From the sequence record ON239131: a DNA stretch of 30,272 nucleotides; one strand, written 5' to 3'. Numbering within the stretch: the first letter of the stretch is position 1; each line of letters starts with the position of its first letter. Under the pieces are notes generated by a model. It was not told where the DNA came from. It saw only the letters and a list, made by a program, of their open reading frames with translations, and did no database searches. Shown here piece by piece: positions 1-9,435 of the stretch. The translations under genes and the position numbers were made by a program. This stretch comes from Escherichia phage S164.

Positions 1-19
1 GGCGAGGCGGGGAAAGCAC
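1..19. other. cos: cos cohesive-end sequence (left copy)
   Basis: GGCGAGGCGGGGAAAGCAC at 1-19 recurs at 30255-30272 (18 nt, truncated by the window); matches the P2 19-nt cohesive end as I recall it. Confidence 0.8.
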
Positions 20-161
20 TGCGCGCTGGCGGTGGTGCTGATTTTATTTTTTCAGCGTCTGAGCGCGTCGTGATGGCGTTTAGATTGTTCGCCGGGGCGT
101 TGGTGTGTCTGCGGGCTGTTTTGTGCGGTGGTGAGCGTGTGAGGGCGTGATGACGGGGTGT

Positions 162-183
162 AAAAAAGCCGCCCGCAGGCGGC
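162..183 (-). terminator. Rho-independent terminator after Q (minus-strand transcript)
   Basis: Minus-strand reading gives GCCGCC-TGCG-GGCGGC (6-bp stem, 4-nt loop) followed by TTTTTT, just past the Q stop codon at 189-191. Confidence 0.6.
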
Positions 184-188
184 GATGT

Positions 189-1223
189 TCAGCCGTTGTC
201 AGTGTCCAGTGAGTAGTTTTTAAATCGGATGACCTCCTGACCGAGCCAGCCGTTTATCTCGCGGATCCTGTCCTGTAGCGGGATAAGCTCATTGCGGACA
301 AAGACCTTTGCCACTTTCTCAATATCTCCCAGTGACCCGACGTTCTCCGGCTTGCCGCCCATCAACTGAAAGGGGATGCGATGCGCGTCCAGCAGGTCAG
401 CGGCGCTGGCTTTTTTGATATTAAAAAAATCGTCCTTCGTTGCCACTTCACTGAGCGGGATAATTTTAATGCCGTCGGCTTTCCCCTGTGGGGCATAGAG
501 AAACAGATTTTTAAAGTTATTGCGGCCTTTCGACTTAACCATGTTTTCGCGAAGCATTTCGATATCGTTGCGATCCTGCACGGCATCGGTGACGTACATG
601 ATGTATCCGGCATGAGCGCCGTTTTCGTAATACTTGCGGCGGAACAGCGTGGCCGACTCATTCAGCCAGGCAGAGTTAAGGGCGCTGAGATATTCCGGCA
701 GGCCGTACAGCTCCTGATTAATATCCGGCTCCAGCAGGTGAAACACGGAGCCGGGTGCGAAGGCTGTCGGCTCGTTGAAGGACGGCACCCACCAGTAAAC
801 ATCCTCTTCCACACCACGGCGGGTATATTTTGCCGGTGAGGTTTCCAGTCTGATGACCTTACCGGTGGTGCTGTAACGCTTTTCCAGAAACGCATTACCG
901 AACACCAGAAAATCCAGCACAAAGCGGCTGAAATCCTGCTGAGAAAGCCACGGATGCGGAATAAACGTTGAAGCCAGAATATTGCGTTTAACGTAAATCG
1001 GCGAGCTGTGATGCACGGCAGCACGCAGGCTTTTTGCCAGACCGGTAAAGCTGACCGGCGGCTCATACCATCTGCCGTTACTGATGCACTCGACGTAATC
1101 CAGAATGTCACGGCGGTCGAGTACCGGCACCGGCTCGCCAAAGGTGAATGCCTCCATTTTCGGGGCGCTGGCGGTCATTGTTTTTGCCGCAGGTTGCGGT
1201 GTTTTCCCTTTTTTCTTGCTCAT
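189..1223 (-). CDS. Q: Portal protein
   Basis: 344 aa, same length as P2 gpQ; first gene inward from cos; start overlaps the P stop. Confidence 0.9.
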   Translation of the reverse strand: MSKKKGKTPQPAAKTMTASAPKMEAFTFGEPVPVLDRRDILDYVECISNGRWYEPPVSFTGLAKSLRAAVHHSSPIYVKRNILASTFIPHPWLSQQDFSRFVLDFLVFGNAFLEKRYSTTGKVIRLETSPAKYTRRGVEEDVYWWVPSFNEPTAFAPGSVFHLLEPDINQELYGLPEYLSALNSAWLNESATLFRRKYYENGAHAGYIMYVTDAVQDRNDIEMLRENMVKSKGRNNFKNLFLYAPQGKADGIKIIPLSEVATKDDFFNIKKASAADLLDAHRIPFQLMGGKPENVGSLGDIEKVAKVFVRNELIPLQDRIREINGWLGQEVIRFKNYSLDTDNG

Positions 1224-2995
1224 CAGTAAAACTCCAGAATGGTGGATGTCAGCGGAGTGCTGATACCGGCGGTGAGTGGCTCATTTAACAGGGCGTGCAT
1301 GGTCGCCCAGGCGAGGTCGGCGTGGCTGGCTTCCTCGCTGCGGCTGGCCTCATAGGTGGCGCTGCGTCCGCTGCTGGTCATGGTCTTGCGGATAGCCATA
1401 AACGAGCTGGTGATGTCGGTGGCGCTGACGTCATATTCCAGACAGCCACGGCGGATAACGTCTTTTGCCTTGAGCACCATTGCGGTTTTCATTTCCGGCG
1501 TGTAGCGGATATCGCGCGCGGCGGGATAGAACGAGCGCACGAGCTGGAACACACCGACACCGAGGCCGGTGGCATCAATCCCGATGTATTCAACGTTATA
1601 TTTTTCGGTGAGTTTGCGGATGGATTCTGCCTGGGTGGCAAAGTCCATGCCTTTCCACTGGTGACGCTCAAGGATCCTGAATTTGCCACCGGCCACCACC
1701 GGCGGTGCCAGCACCACGCATCCGGCGCTGTCGCCACGGTGTGACGGGTCGTAACCAATCCATACCGGGCGGGAGCCGAACGGATTTGCGGCAAACGGTG
1801 CATAGTCTTCCCATTCTTCCAGCGTATCGACCATGCAGCGTTGCAGCTCCTCGAACGGGAACACCGACGCTTTGTCGTCAACAAATTCACACATGAACAG
1901 GTTTTTAAAATCGTCGGCGCTGTTTTCACGTTTGAGCTGCTCAATGTCGAACAGCGTGCAGCCGCCTTTCAGCGCGTCCTCAATGGTGACAATCTGCCGC
2001 CACTGGCCGTCCGCACAGAGAAGCCCACCGGCAAGGGCGTTATGACTGACGTCGATTTCCACGCGTTCGGCGGCGCTGGCGCGTCCCCGGTTGAACAGTT
2101 CACCCGACCAGAACGGGTAGGCGTCGTGCGCCAGCGTGGACGGGGTGGAGAAATAGGTCGAGCGCAGGTGACTCTGTGAGGCCATACCTGATGCCACCTT
2201 ACGCAGTACCTGAAAATTCGGGATCCAGAAAATCTCGTCGACGTACAGGTCGCCGTTATGGCTCTGTGCGGTGTTGGAGTTGGTGCCGAGAAAAATCAGT
2301 TTTGCACCGTTATTGCCCAGGACAATCGGGTCACCGGTCAGGTCAACGTCAACCAGCCGGGCAAAGGCAATGATGTATTCGCGGAACACATACGCCTGCG
2401 TTTTACTGGCCGACAGAAAAATCTGGTTATGGCCGGTTTTCAGGGCGCGCAGCAGCGCCTCGCGGGAAAAATAAAACGTCGCGCCAATCTGGCGGGATTT
2501 CAGGATATCGCGGATGCGGTGCTCAAGCCCGGCGCGATACCAGTGCAACTGATAGTCGAAAGACTGCTCAAAGAAAATCTGCTCCAGCTTTTCGATGGCC
2601 TCGTCACTGAAAAAATTCTTTTTCGGTTTGCGACGCCCGCCTTTGTTGCGGTTAGCGACGTTCGGATTAAGGTCTGCCTCGTTGCCGGTCTGACTGTAAC
2701 GGTTGACCCGTGCCAGTCGTTCAATCTGGCGTCCGAGCAGGTCAATTTCCTTGAAGTCACCGCCGGTTTTCTGCGGTTTGATGATGAGCTGGGTCAGCCT
2801 CGCTTCCAGACTCATTTCGACACGGCTGATGGGGGCAACGCTGTCCCAGCCGTCGCGCTGTTTCCAGCTCTGCACCGTCGGGCGTTTCATCTGCAACATG
2901 GCGGCAATCTGCGGCACGGAAAATCCCTGCCAGTACAGCAGCGCCGCCTGACGACGCGGGTCGTGTAAAAGAGTGGTGTCTGTGGTGATGGTCAT
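1223..2995 (-). CDS. P: Terminase large subunit (ATPase)
   Basis: ORF 1223-3025; I prefer the internal Met at 2995 (MTITTDTT...), which gives 590 aa as in P2 gpP and has a GAGG-type RBS. Divergent from O. Confidence 0.85.
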   Translation of the reverse strand: MTITTDTTLLHDPRRQAALLYWQGFSVPQIAAMLQMKRPTVQSWKQRDGWDSVAPISRVEMSLEARLTQLIIKPQKTGGDFKEIDLLGRQIERLARVNRYSQTGNEADLNPNVANRNKGGRRKPKKNFFSDEAIEKLEQIFFEQSFDYQLHWYRAGLEHRIRDILKSRQIGATFYFSREALLRALKTGHNQIFLSASKTQAYVFREYIIAFARLVDVDLTGDPIVLGNNGAKLIFLGTNSNTAQSHNGDLYVDEIFWIPNFQVLRKVASGMASQSHLRSTYFSTPSTLAHDAYPFWSGELFNRGRASAAERVEIDVSHNALAGGLLCADGQWRQIVTIEDALKGGCTLFDIEQLKRENSADDFKNLFMCEFVDDKASVFPFEELQRCMVDTLEEWEDYAPFAANPFGSRPVWIGYDPSHRGDSAGCVVLAPPVVAGGKFRILERHQWKGMDFATQAESIRKLTEKYNVEYIGIDATGLGVGVFQLVRSFYPAARDIRYTPEMKTAMVLKAKDVIRRGCLEYDVSATDITSSFMAIRKTMTSSGRSATYEASRSEEASHADLAWATMHALLNEPLTAGISTPLTSTILEFY

Positions 2996-3168
2996 GAATA
3001 CCTCGCCGTGATGAATACACGGCAAGGCTACTGAGTCGCGCCCCGCGATTCGCTAAGGTGCTGTTGTGTCAGTGATAAGCCATCCGGGACTGATGGCGGA
3101 GGATGCGCATCGTCGGGAAACTGATGCCGACATGTGACTCCTCTAATCACTATTCAGGACTCCTGACA

Positions 3169-4023
3169 ATGGCAAAAAAAGTCTCAAAATTCTTTCGTAT
3201 CGGCGTTGAGGGTGACACCTGTGACGGGCGTGTCATCAGTGCGCAGGATATTCAGGAAATGGCCGAAACCTTTGACCCGCGAGTCTATGGTTGCCGCATT
3301 AACCTGGAACATCTGCGCGGCATCCTGCCTGACGGTATTTTTAAGCGTTATGGCGATGTGGCCGAACTGAAGGCCGAAAAGATTGACGATGATTCGGCGC
3401 TGAAAGGCAAATGGGCGCTGTTTGCGAAAATCACCCCGACCGATGACCTTATCGCGATGAACAAGGCCGCGCAGAAGGTCTATACCTCAATGGAAATTCA
3501 GCCGAACTTTGCCAATACCGGCAAATGTTATCTGGTGGGTCTGGCCGTCACCGATGACCCGGCAAGCCTCGGCACGGAATACCTGGAATTCTGCCGCACG
3601 GCAAAACACAACCCCCTGAACCGCTTCAAATTAAGCCCTGAAAACCTGATTTCAGTGGCAACGCCTGTTGAGCTGGAATTTGAAGACCTGCCTGAAACCG
3701 TGTTCACCGCCCTGACCGAAAAGGTGAAATCCATTTTTGGCCGCAAACAGGCCAGCGATGACGCCCGTCTGAATGACGTGCATGAAGCGGTGACCGCTGT
3801 TGCTGAACATGTGCAGGAAAAACTGAGCGCCACTGAGCAGCGCCTCGCTGAGATGGAAACCGCCTTTTCCGCACTTAAGCAGGATGTGACTGACAGGGCG
3901 GATGAAACCAGCCAGGCATTCACCCGCCTGAAAAACAGTCTCGACCACACCGAAAGTCTGACCCAGCAGCGCCGCAGCAAGGCCACCGGTGGTGGCGGTG
4001 ACGCCCTGATGACGAACTGCTGA
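3169..4023 (+). CDS. O: Capsid scaffolding protein
   Basis: ORF 3103-4023; start at MAKKVSKFF gives 284 aa as in P2 gpO; coiled-coil-like C-terminus. Confidence 0.85.
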   Translation: MAKKVSKFFRIGVEGDTCDGRVISAQDIQEMAETFDPRVYGCRINLEHLRGILPDGIFKRYGDVAELKAEKIDDDSALKGKWALFAKITPTDDLIAMNKAAQKVYTSMEIQPNFANTGKCYLVGLAVTDDPASLGTEYLEFCRTAKHNPLNRFKLSPENLISVATPVELEFEDLPETVFTALTEKVKSIFGRKQASDDARLNDVHEAVTAVAEHVQEKLSATEQRLAEMETAFSALKQDVTDRADETSQAFTRLKNSLDHTESLTQQRRSKATGGGGDALMTNC

Positions 4024-4081
4024 CCGGCGTCAGTCAGTCCGGGAAAACCTTCACGATTAACCCTTAATTTCAGGAAAAACT

Positions 4082-5155
4082 ATGCGCCAGGAAACCCGCT
4101 TTAAATTTAATGCCTACCTGTCCCGTGTTGCCGAACTGAACGGCATCGACGCCGGTGATGTGTCGAAAAAATTCACCGTTGAACCGTCGGTCACCCAGAC
4201 CCTGATGAACACCATGCAGGAGTCCTCTGATTTTCTGACCCGCATCAACATTGTGCCGGTCAGCGAAATGAAAGGGGAAAAAATTGGTATTGGTGTCACC
4301 GGCTCCATCGCCAGCACCACCGACACCGCCGGTGGCACCGAGCGTCAGCCGAAGGACTTCTCGAAGCTGGCGTCCAGTAAGTACGAATGCGACCAGATTA
4401 ACTTCGATTTTTATATCCGCTACAAAACGCTGGACCTGTGGGCGCGTTATCAGGATTTCCAGCTCCGTGTCCGTAACGCCATTATCAAACGTCAGTCCCT
4501 TGATTTAATCATGGCCGGTTTTAACGGCGTGAAGCGTGCCGAAACCTCTGACCGCAGCAGCAATCCGATGCTGCAGGATGTGGCGGTCGGCTGGCTGCAG
4601 AAATACCGCAATGAAGCCCCGGCGCGCGTGATGAGCAAGGTTACTGACGAGGAAGGTCACACCACCTCTGAGGTCATCCGCGTGGGTAAGGGCGGTGATT
4701 ATGCCAGCCTCGATGCACTGGTGATGGATGCGACCAACAACCTGATTGAGCCGTGGTATCAGGAAGACCCTGACCTTGTGGTGATTGTGGGGCGTCAGTT
4801 ACTGGCGGACAAGTATTTCCCCATCGTTAACAAGGAGCAGGACAACAGCGAAATGCTGGCCGCTGACGTCATCATCAGCCAGAAACGCATCGGTAACCTG
4901 CCGGCGGTACGCGTCCCGTACTTCCCGGCGGATGCGATGCTCATCACGAAGCTGGAAAACCTGTCCATCTACTACATGGATGACAGCCATCGCCGCGTGA
5001 TTGAGGAAAACCCGAAACTCGACCGCGTGGAGAACTACGAGTCAATGAACATTGATTACGTGGTGGAAGACTACGCCGCCGGTTGTCTGGTGGAAAAAAT
5101 TAAGGTCGGTGACTTCTCCACACCGACTAAAGTGACCGCAGAGCCGGGAGCGTAA
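4082..5155 (+). CDS. N: Major capsid protein
   Basis: 357 aa, same length and position as P2 gpN. Confidence 0.9.
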   Translation: MRQETRFKFNAYLSRVAELNGIDAGDVSKKFTVEPSVTQTLMNTMQESSDFLTRINIVPVSEMKGEKIGIGVTGSIASTTDTAGGTERQPKDFSKLASSKYECDQINFDFYIRYKTLDLWARYQDFQLRVRNAIIKRQSLDLIMAGFNGVKRAETSDRSSNPMLQDVAVGWLQKYRNEAPARVMSKVTDEEGHTTSEVIRVGKGGDYASLDALVMDATNNLIEPWYQEDPDLVVIVGRQLLADKYFPIVNKEQDNSEMLAADVIISQKRIGNLPAVRVPYFPADAMLITKLENLSIYYMDDSHRRVIEENPKLDRVENYESMNIDYVVEDYAAGCLVEKIKVGDFSTPTKVTAEPGA

Positions 5156-5158
5156 CCG

Positions 5159-5902
5159 ATGACGAGTCCCGCACAGCGCCACATGATGCGGGTCTCGGCA
5201 GCGATGACCGCGCAGCGGGACGCCGCCCCGCTGCGACATGCAACTGTCTATGAGCAGATGCTGGTCAAGCTGGCCGCAGACCAGCGCACACTGAAAGCGA
5301 TTTATTCAAAAGAGCTGAAGGCCGCGAAAAAACGCGAACTGCTGCCGTTCTGGTTGCCGTGGGTGAACGGCGTGCTGGAGCAGGGCAAAGGTGCACAGGA
5401 TGACATTCTGATGACGGTCATGCTGTGGCGTCTGGATACCGGCGATATTGCCGGTGCGCTGGAGATTGCCCGTTATGCCCTGAAGTACGGTCTGACCATG
5501 CCGGGTAAACACCGCCGCACCCCGCCGTACATGTTCACCGAGGAGGTGGCGCTTGCGGCCATGCGCGCTCACGCTGCCGGTGAGTCTGTGGATCCCCGCC
5601 TGCTGACGGACACCCTCGAACTGACCGCCACGGCTGACATGCCTGATGAAGTGCGCGCAAAGCTGCACAAAATCACCGGTCTGTTTCTGCGTGACGCTGG
5701 TGATGCCGCAGGTGCGCTGGTACACCTGCAACGTGCGACACAGCTCGACTGTCAGGCAGGCGTCAAAAAAGAGATTGAACGACTGGAGCGGGAGCTGAAA
5801 CCGAAGCCGGAGCCGCAGCCCAAAGCGGCCACCCGCACTCCGCGTAAGACCCGGAGCGTGACACCGGCAAAACGTGGACGCCCGAAAAAGAAAACCAGTT
5901 AA
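5159..5902 (+). CDS. M: Terminase small subunit / endonuclease
   Basis: 247 aa, same as P2 gpM; basic Lys/Arg/Pro-rich C-terminal tail. Confidence 0.85.
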   Translation: MTSPAQRHMMRVSAAMTAQRDAAPLRHATVYEQMLVKLAADQRTLKAIYSKELKAAKKRELLPFWLPWVNGVLEQGKGAQDDILMTVMLWRLDTGDIAGALEIARYALKYGLTMPGKHRRTPPYMFTEEVALAAMRAHAAGESVDPRLLTDTLELTATADMPDEVRAKLHKITGLFLRDAGDAAGALVHLQRATQLDCQAGVKKEIERLERELKPKPEPQPKAATRTPRKTRSVTPAKRGRPKKKTS

Positions 5903-6001
5903 CAACCGAATGCGCCCCGCGCCAGGGCGGCACGCCGGTCAGTGAGGGTGAATCACCTGACACTGCACCGGCGTCCACCGCCCGACTTTTCAGAGGTGGT
6001 C

Positions 6002-6511
6002 ATGATGACGCTGATTATTCCGCGAAAGGAGGCTCCCGTGTCCGGTGAGGGTACGGTGGTCATCCCGCAACCGGCAGGCGACGAGCCGGTGATTAAAAAC
6101 ACGTTCTTTTTTCCCGATATCGACCCGAAGCGCGTCCGGGAACGTATGCGCCTTGAGCAGACCGTCGCCCCCGCCCGTCTGCGTGAGGCCATCAAGTCAG
6201 GCATGGCTGAAACAAATGCGGAGCTGTACGAGTACCGCGAACAGAAAATTGCCGCCGGTTTTACGCGTCTGGCGGACGTTCCGGCGGACGACATCGACGG
6301 TGAAAGTATCAAAGTTTTTTACTACGAGCGCGCCGTGTGTGCGATGGCGACCGCGTCGCTTTATGAGCGTTATCGCGGCGTGGATGCCAGTGCGAAAGGC
6401 GACAAGAAGGCTGACAGCATTGACAGCACCATTGATGAACTGTGGCGGGATATGCGCTGGGCGGTGGCGCGTATCCAGGACAAGCCGCGCTGCATCGTGA
6501 GTCAAATCTGA
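6002..6511 (+). CDS. L: Head completion / stabilisation protein
   Basis: ORF 5942-6511; start at MMTLIIPRKE gives 169 aa as in P2 gpL. Confidence 0.8.
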   Translation: MMTLIIPRKEAPVSGEGTVVIPQPAGDEPVIKNTFFFPDIDPKRVRERMRLEQTVAPARLREAIKSGMAETNAELYEYREQKIAAGFTRLADVPADDIDGESIKVFYYERAVCAMATASLYERYRGVDASAKGDKKADSIDSTIDELWRDMRWAVARIQDKPRCIVSQI

Positions 6512-6714
6512 TGAAGACCTTTGCGCTACAGGGCGACACGCTCGACGCCATTTGTGTCCGGTATTACGGGCGCACTGAGGGCGTGGTTGAGACCGTGCTC
6601 GCCGCAAATCCGGGACTGGCTGAACTGGGTGCGGTGCTGCCACACGGCACCGCCGTCGAACTGCCCGACGTTCAGACCGCGCCCGTGGCTGAAACTGTCA
6701 ATCTGTGGGAGTAA
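6511..6714 (+). CDS. X: Tail protein X
   Basis: Internal Met (MKTFALQGDTLDAI...) of ORF 6442-6714 gives 67 aa, the size of P2 gpX; ATGA overlap with the L stop. Confidence 0.75.
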   Translation: MKTFALQGDTLDAICVRYYGRTEGVVETVLAANPGLAELGAVLPHGTAVELPDVQTAPVAETVNLWE

Positions 6715-6717
6715 CGC

Positions 6718-6999
6718 ATGACAGCAGAAGAAAAAAGCGTCCTGTCGCTTTTCATGATTGGGGTGCTGATTGTTGTCGGCAAGGTGCTTGCCGGTGGTGA
6801 ACCCATCACCCCGCGTCTGTTTATCGGGCGCATGTTGCTCGGTGGTTTTGTCTCGATGGTTGCCGGTGTTGTTCTGGTGCAGTTTCCTGACCTGTCACTG
6901 CCTGCAGTGTGCGGCATCGGCTCCATGCTGGGTATCGCCGGTTATCAGGTGATTGAGATTGCCATTCAGCGCCGCTTTAAGGGCAGGGGGAAACCGTAA
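6718..6999 (+). CDS. Y: Holin
   Basis: 93 aa with hydrophobic transmembrane segments and a basic C-terminus; sits immediately before the endolysin. Confidence 0.85.
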   Translation: MTAEEKSVLSLFMIGVLIVVGKVLAGGEPITPRLFIGRMLLGGFVSMVAGVVLVQFPDLSLPAVCGIGSMLGIAGYQVIEIAIQRRFKGRGKP

Positions 7000-7496
7000 T
7001 GCCGGTAATTAACACGCATCAGAATATCGCCGCCTTTCTCGACATGCTGGCGGTATCCGAAGGGACGGCAAATCATCCGCTGACGAAAAACCGTGGCTAT
7101 GACGTGATAGTCACCGGACTGGACGGGAAGCCGGAAATTTTCACCGACTACAGTGACCACCCGTTCGCGCATGGCCGACCGGCGAAGGTGTTTAACCGTC
7201 GCGGTGAAAAATCCACGGCCTCCGGTCGCTATCAGCAGCTTTACCTGTTCTGGCCGCATTACCGCAAACAGCTTGCCCTGCCGGATTTCAGTCCGTTGTC
7301 ACAGGACAGACTCGCCATTCAGTTGATCCGCGAACGCGGTGCGCTGGATGACATCCGGGCGGGACGCATTGAGCGCGCCATTTCACGCTGTCGCAATATC
7401 TGGGCGTCCCTGCCGGGTGCCGGTTACGGTCAGCGTGAGCATTCACTGGAAAAACTGGTCACCGTCTGGCGTACCGCTGGCGGCGTACCGGCTTAA
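6999..7496 (+). CDS. K: Endolysin (lysozyme/transglycosylase type)
   Basis: 165 aa, same as P2 gpK; position in the lysis cassette. Confidence 0.85.
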   Translation: MPVINTHQNIAAFLDMLAVSEGTANHPLTKNRGYDVIVTGLDGKPEIFTDYSDHPFAHGRPAKVFNRRGEKSTASGRYQQLYLFWPHYRKQLALPDFSPLSQDRLAIQLIRERGALDDIRAGRIERAISRCRNIWASLPGAGYGQREHSLEKLVTVWRTAGGVPA

Positions 7497-7510
7497 ACGG
7501 AGTAAACACC

Positions 7511-7936
7511 ATGAAGAAATTATCCCTTTCACTGATGCTGAACGTGTCGCTGGCGCTGATGCTGGCACTGTCCCTGATTTACCCGCAGAGCGTGGCCGTC
7601 AATTTTGTCGCCGCCTGGGCGATTCTGGCGATGGTTATCTGTGTGGTTGTCGGTGGTGTCGGCGTGTATGCCACTGAGTATGTGCTGGAACGCTACGGGC
7701 GGGAGCTGCCGCCGGAATCGCTGGCCGTGAAGATTGTCACGTCGCTGTTTTTGCAGCCGGTGCCGTGGCGCAGACGGGCGGCGGCTCTGGTAGTGATGGT
7801 GGCGACGTTTATCTCGCTGGTTGCCGCCGGGTGGATTTTTACTGCGCTGATTTATCTCGTGGCGTCGCTGTTTTTCCGGCTGATACGTACGGCCTGCCGT
7901 CAGCGTCTTGAGGGGCGGGAACTATGTCAAAGCTGA
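7511..7936 (+). CDS. lysA: LysA-like membrane protein (lysis timing)
   Basis: 141 aa, several hydrophobic helices; P2 lysA position. Confidence 0.75.
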   Translation: MKKLSLSLMLNVSLALMLALSLIYPQSVAVNFVAAWAILAMVICVVVGGVGVYATEYVLERYGRELPPESLAVKIVTSLFLQPVPWRRRAAALVVMVATFISLVAAGWIFTALIYLVASLFFRLIRTACRQRLEGRELCQS

Positions 7937-8349
7937 TGATTGTGCTGGTCGTGTTGTTATCGCTGGCGGTGGCCGGTCTGTTTCTGGTGAAACACAAAAA
8001 TGCCAGCCTGCGCGCCTCGCTGGGCAGGGCGAATAACGTCGCCAGTGAACAGCTGACGACCATCACCATGCTGAAAAATCAGCTTCATGTTGCGCTCACC
8101 AGAGCAGACAAAAACGAGCTGGCGCAGGTGGCACTGCGTCAGGAACTGGAGAACACCGCGAAGCGTGAAGCACAGCGCGAGAAAACCATCACGAGGTTAC
8201 TCAATGAAAACGAAGATTTTCGCCGCTGGTACGGCGCTGGCCTGCCTGATGCTGTGCGCCGGTTGCACCAGCGCCCGGCCTGCACCGACGCCAGTGATTG
8301 TCGCCAACGCCTGCCCGAAAGTGAGCCTTTGCCCGATGCCGGGCAGTGA
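7924..8349 (+). CDS. lysB: LysB, Rz-like inner-membrane spanin
   Basis: 141 aa; N-terminal transmembrane helix then a charged helical region; P2 lysB position. Confidence 0.8.
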   Translation: MSKLMIVLVVLLSLAVAGLFLVKHKNASLRASLGRANNVASEQLTTITMLKNQLHVALTRADKNELAQVALRQELENTAKREAQREKTITRLLNENEDFRRWYGAGLPDAVRRLHQRPACTDASDCRQRLPESEPLPDAGQ

Positions 8350-8494
8350 CCCGGAGACGAACGGCGATTTAAGTGCCGATATCCGACAGCTTGAGAACGC
8401 GCTGGCACGCTGTGCCAGCCAGGTAAAAATGATTAAACACTGTCAGGACGAAAACGATGCTCAAACCCGACAGCCTGCGCAGGGCGCTGACTGA
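8204..8494 (+). CDS. lysC: LysC, Rz1-like outer-membrane lipoprotein spanin, embedded out of frame in the 3' end of lysB
   Basis: Internal Met (MKTKIFAAG...) of ORF 8087-8494 in the +1 frame of lysB; signal peptide with a Cys-containing lipobox-like motif (LCAGC), Pro-rich; extends into the start of R. Confidence 0.7.
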   Translation: MKTKIFAAGTALACLMLCAGCTSARPAPTPVIVANACPKVSLCPMPGSDPETNGDLSADIRQLENALARCASQVKMIKHCQDENDAQTRQPAQGAD

Positions 8495-8924
8495 TGCCGT
8501 CACGGTGCTGAAAACCAGCCCCGAGATGCTGCGGATATTCGTGGATAACGGGAGTATTGCCTCCACACTGGCGGCGTCGTTGTCATTCGAAAAGCGTTAC
8601 ACGCTCAATGTGATTGTGACCGACTTTACCGGTGATTTTGACCTGCTCATCGTGCCGGTGCTGGCGTGGCTGCGGGAAAATCAGCCCGACATCATGACCA
8701 CCGACGAAGGCCAGAAAAAAGGTTTCACGTTTTATGCAGACATCAACAATGACAGCAGCTTTGATATCAGCATCAGCCTGATGCTGACCGAGCGCACGCT
8801 GGTCAGCGAGGTTGACGGTGCGCTGCATGTGAAGAATATCCCGGAACCCCCGCCGCCGGAGCCGGTCACCCGCCCGGTGGAGCTTTATATCAATGGCGAA
8901 CTGGTGAGCAAGTGGGATGAATGA
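8457..8924 (+). CDS. R: Tail completion protein R
   Basis: 155 aa, same as P2 gpR; synteny. Confidence 0.85.
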   Translation: MLKPDSLRRALTDAVTVLKTSPEMLRIFVDNGSIASTLAASLSFEKRYTLNVIVTDFTGDFDLLIVPVLAWLRENQPDIMTTDEGQKKGFTFYADINNDSSFDISISLMLTERTLVSEVDGALHVKNIPEPPPPEPVTRPVELYINGELVSKWDE

Positions 8925-9369
8925 GTTTAAGCGTTTTGAAGACCGGCTGACCGGACTGACTGAATCGCTGTCACCGTCAGGGCGTCGGCGACTGAGCGCC
9001 GAACTGGCGAAACGTCTGCGTCAGAGTCAGCAGCGTCGGGTGATGGCACAGAAAGCCCCGGACGGCACACCCTACGCGCCACGCCAGCAGCAGAGCGCCA
9101 GAAAAAAGACTGGTCGTGTTAAGCGAAAAATGTTTGCGAAACTTATCACCAGTCGTTTTTTGCATATCCGCGCCAGCCCGGAACAGGCATCAATGGAATT
9201 TTACGGCGGGAAGTCGCCGAAAATCGCCAGTGTGCATCAGTTCGGTCTGTCGGAAGAAACCCGGAAAGACGGTAAGAAAATTGATTATCCGGCGCGTCCT
9301 CTGCTCGGCTTTACCGGTGAGGATGTGCAGATGATTGAAGAGATTATCCTGGCTCACCTCGACCGTTAG
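8917..9369 (+). CDS. S: Tail completion protein S
   Basis: 150 aa, same as P2 gpS; overlaps the R stop. Confidence 0.85.
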   Translation: MNEFKRFEDRLTGLTESLSPSGRRRLSAELAKRLRQSQQRRVMAQKAPDGTPYAPRQQQSARKKTGRVKRKMFAKLITSRFLHIRASPEQASMEFYGGKSPKIASVHQFGLSEETRKDGKKIDYPARPLLGFTGEDVQMIEEIILAHLDR

Positions 9370-9435
9370 TTGTGCCATCCCCGACACCTCATCGTCACAT
9401 TGCCGCCGGTATGACCCGGCGGCATCCTTCCCGTT

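Noticed and set aside
362-1141. ORFs overlapping Q on either strand (362-661 minus, 381-839 plus, 662-1141 minus, 1008-1229 plus)
   Set aside because: They lie inside or antisense to a well-supported conserved gene; their translations are Arg/Ser/Cys-rich, typical of out-of-frame reading of GC-rich coding DNA; no RBS or homology support.
1295-3020. Multiple ORFs overlapping the terminase gene P (for example 1295-1744 plus, 2258-2968 plus of 236 aa, 2757-3020 minus)
   Set aside because: Antisense or out-of-frame to a 590-aa conserved gene; low-complexity translations; the 236-aa ORF is long only because GC-rich antisense frames are stop-poor.
3103-3168. N-terminal extension of O back to the ATG at 3103
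   Set aside because: Starting at 3169 (MAKKVSKFF) gives exactly the P2 gpO length; the extension has no homology support.
3026-3168. Ogr-dependent late promoters (TGT-N12-ACA) upstream of P/O, V and FI
   Set aside because: I scanned the intergenic regions by eye and found only near-matches (TGT-N12-CAC upstream of O, TGT-N10-ACA upstream of V), so no promoter is annotated.
9400-9421. Hairpin GCCGCCGG-TATGA-CCCGGCGGC between S and V
   Set aside because: Strong stem but no following T-run, and it lies where the V late promoter must be; function unclear, so not called a terminator.
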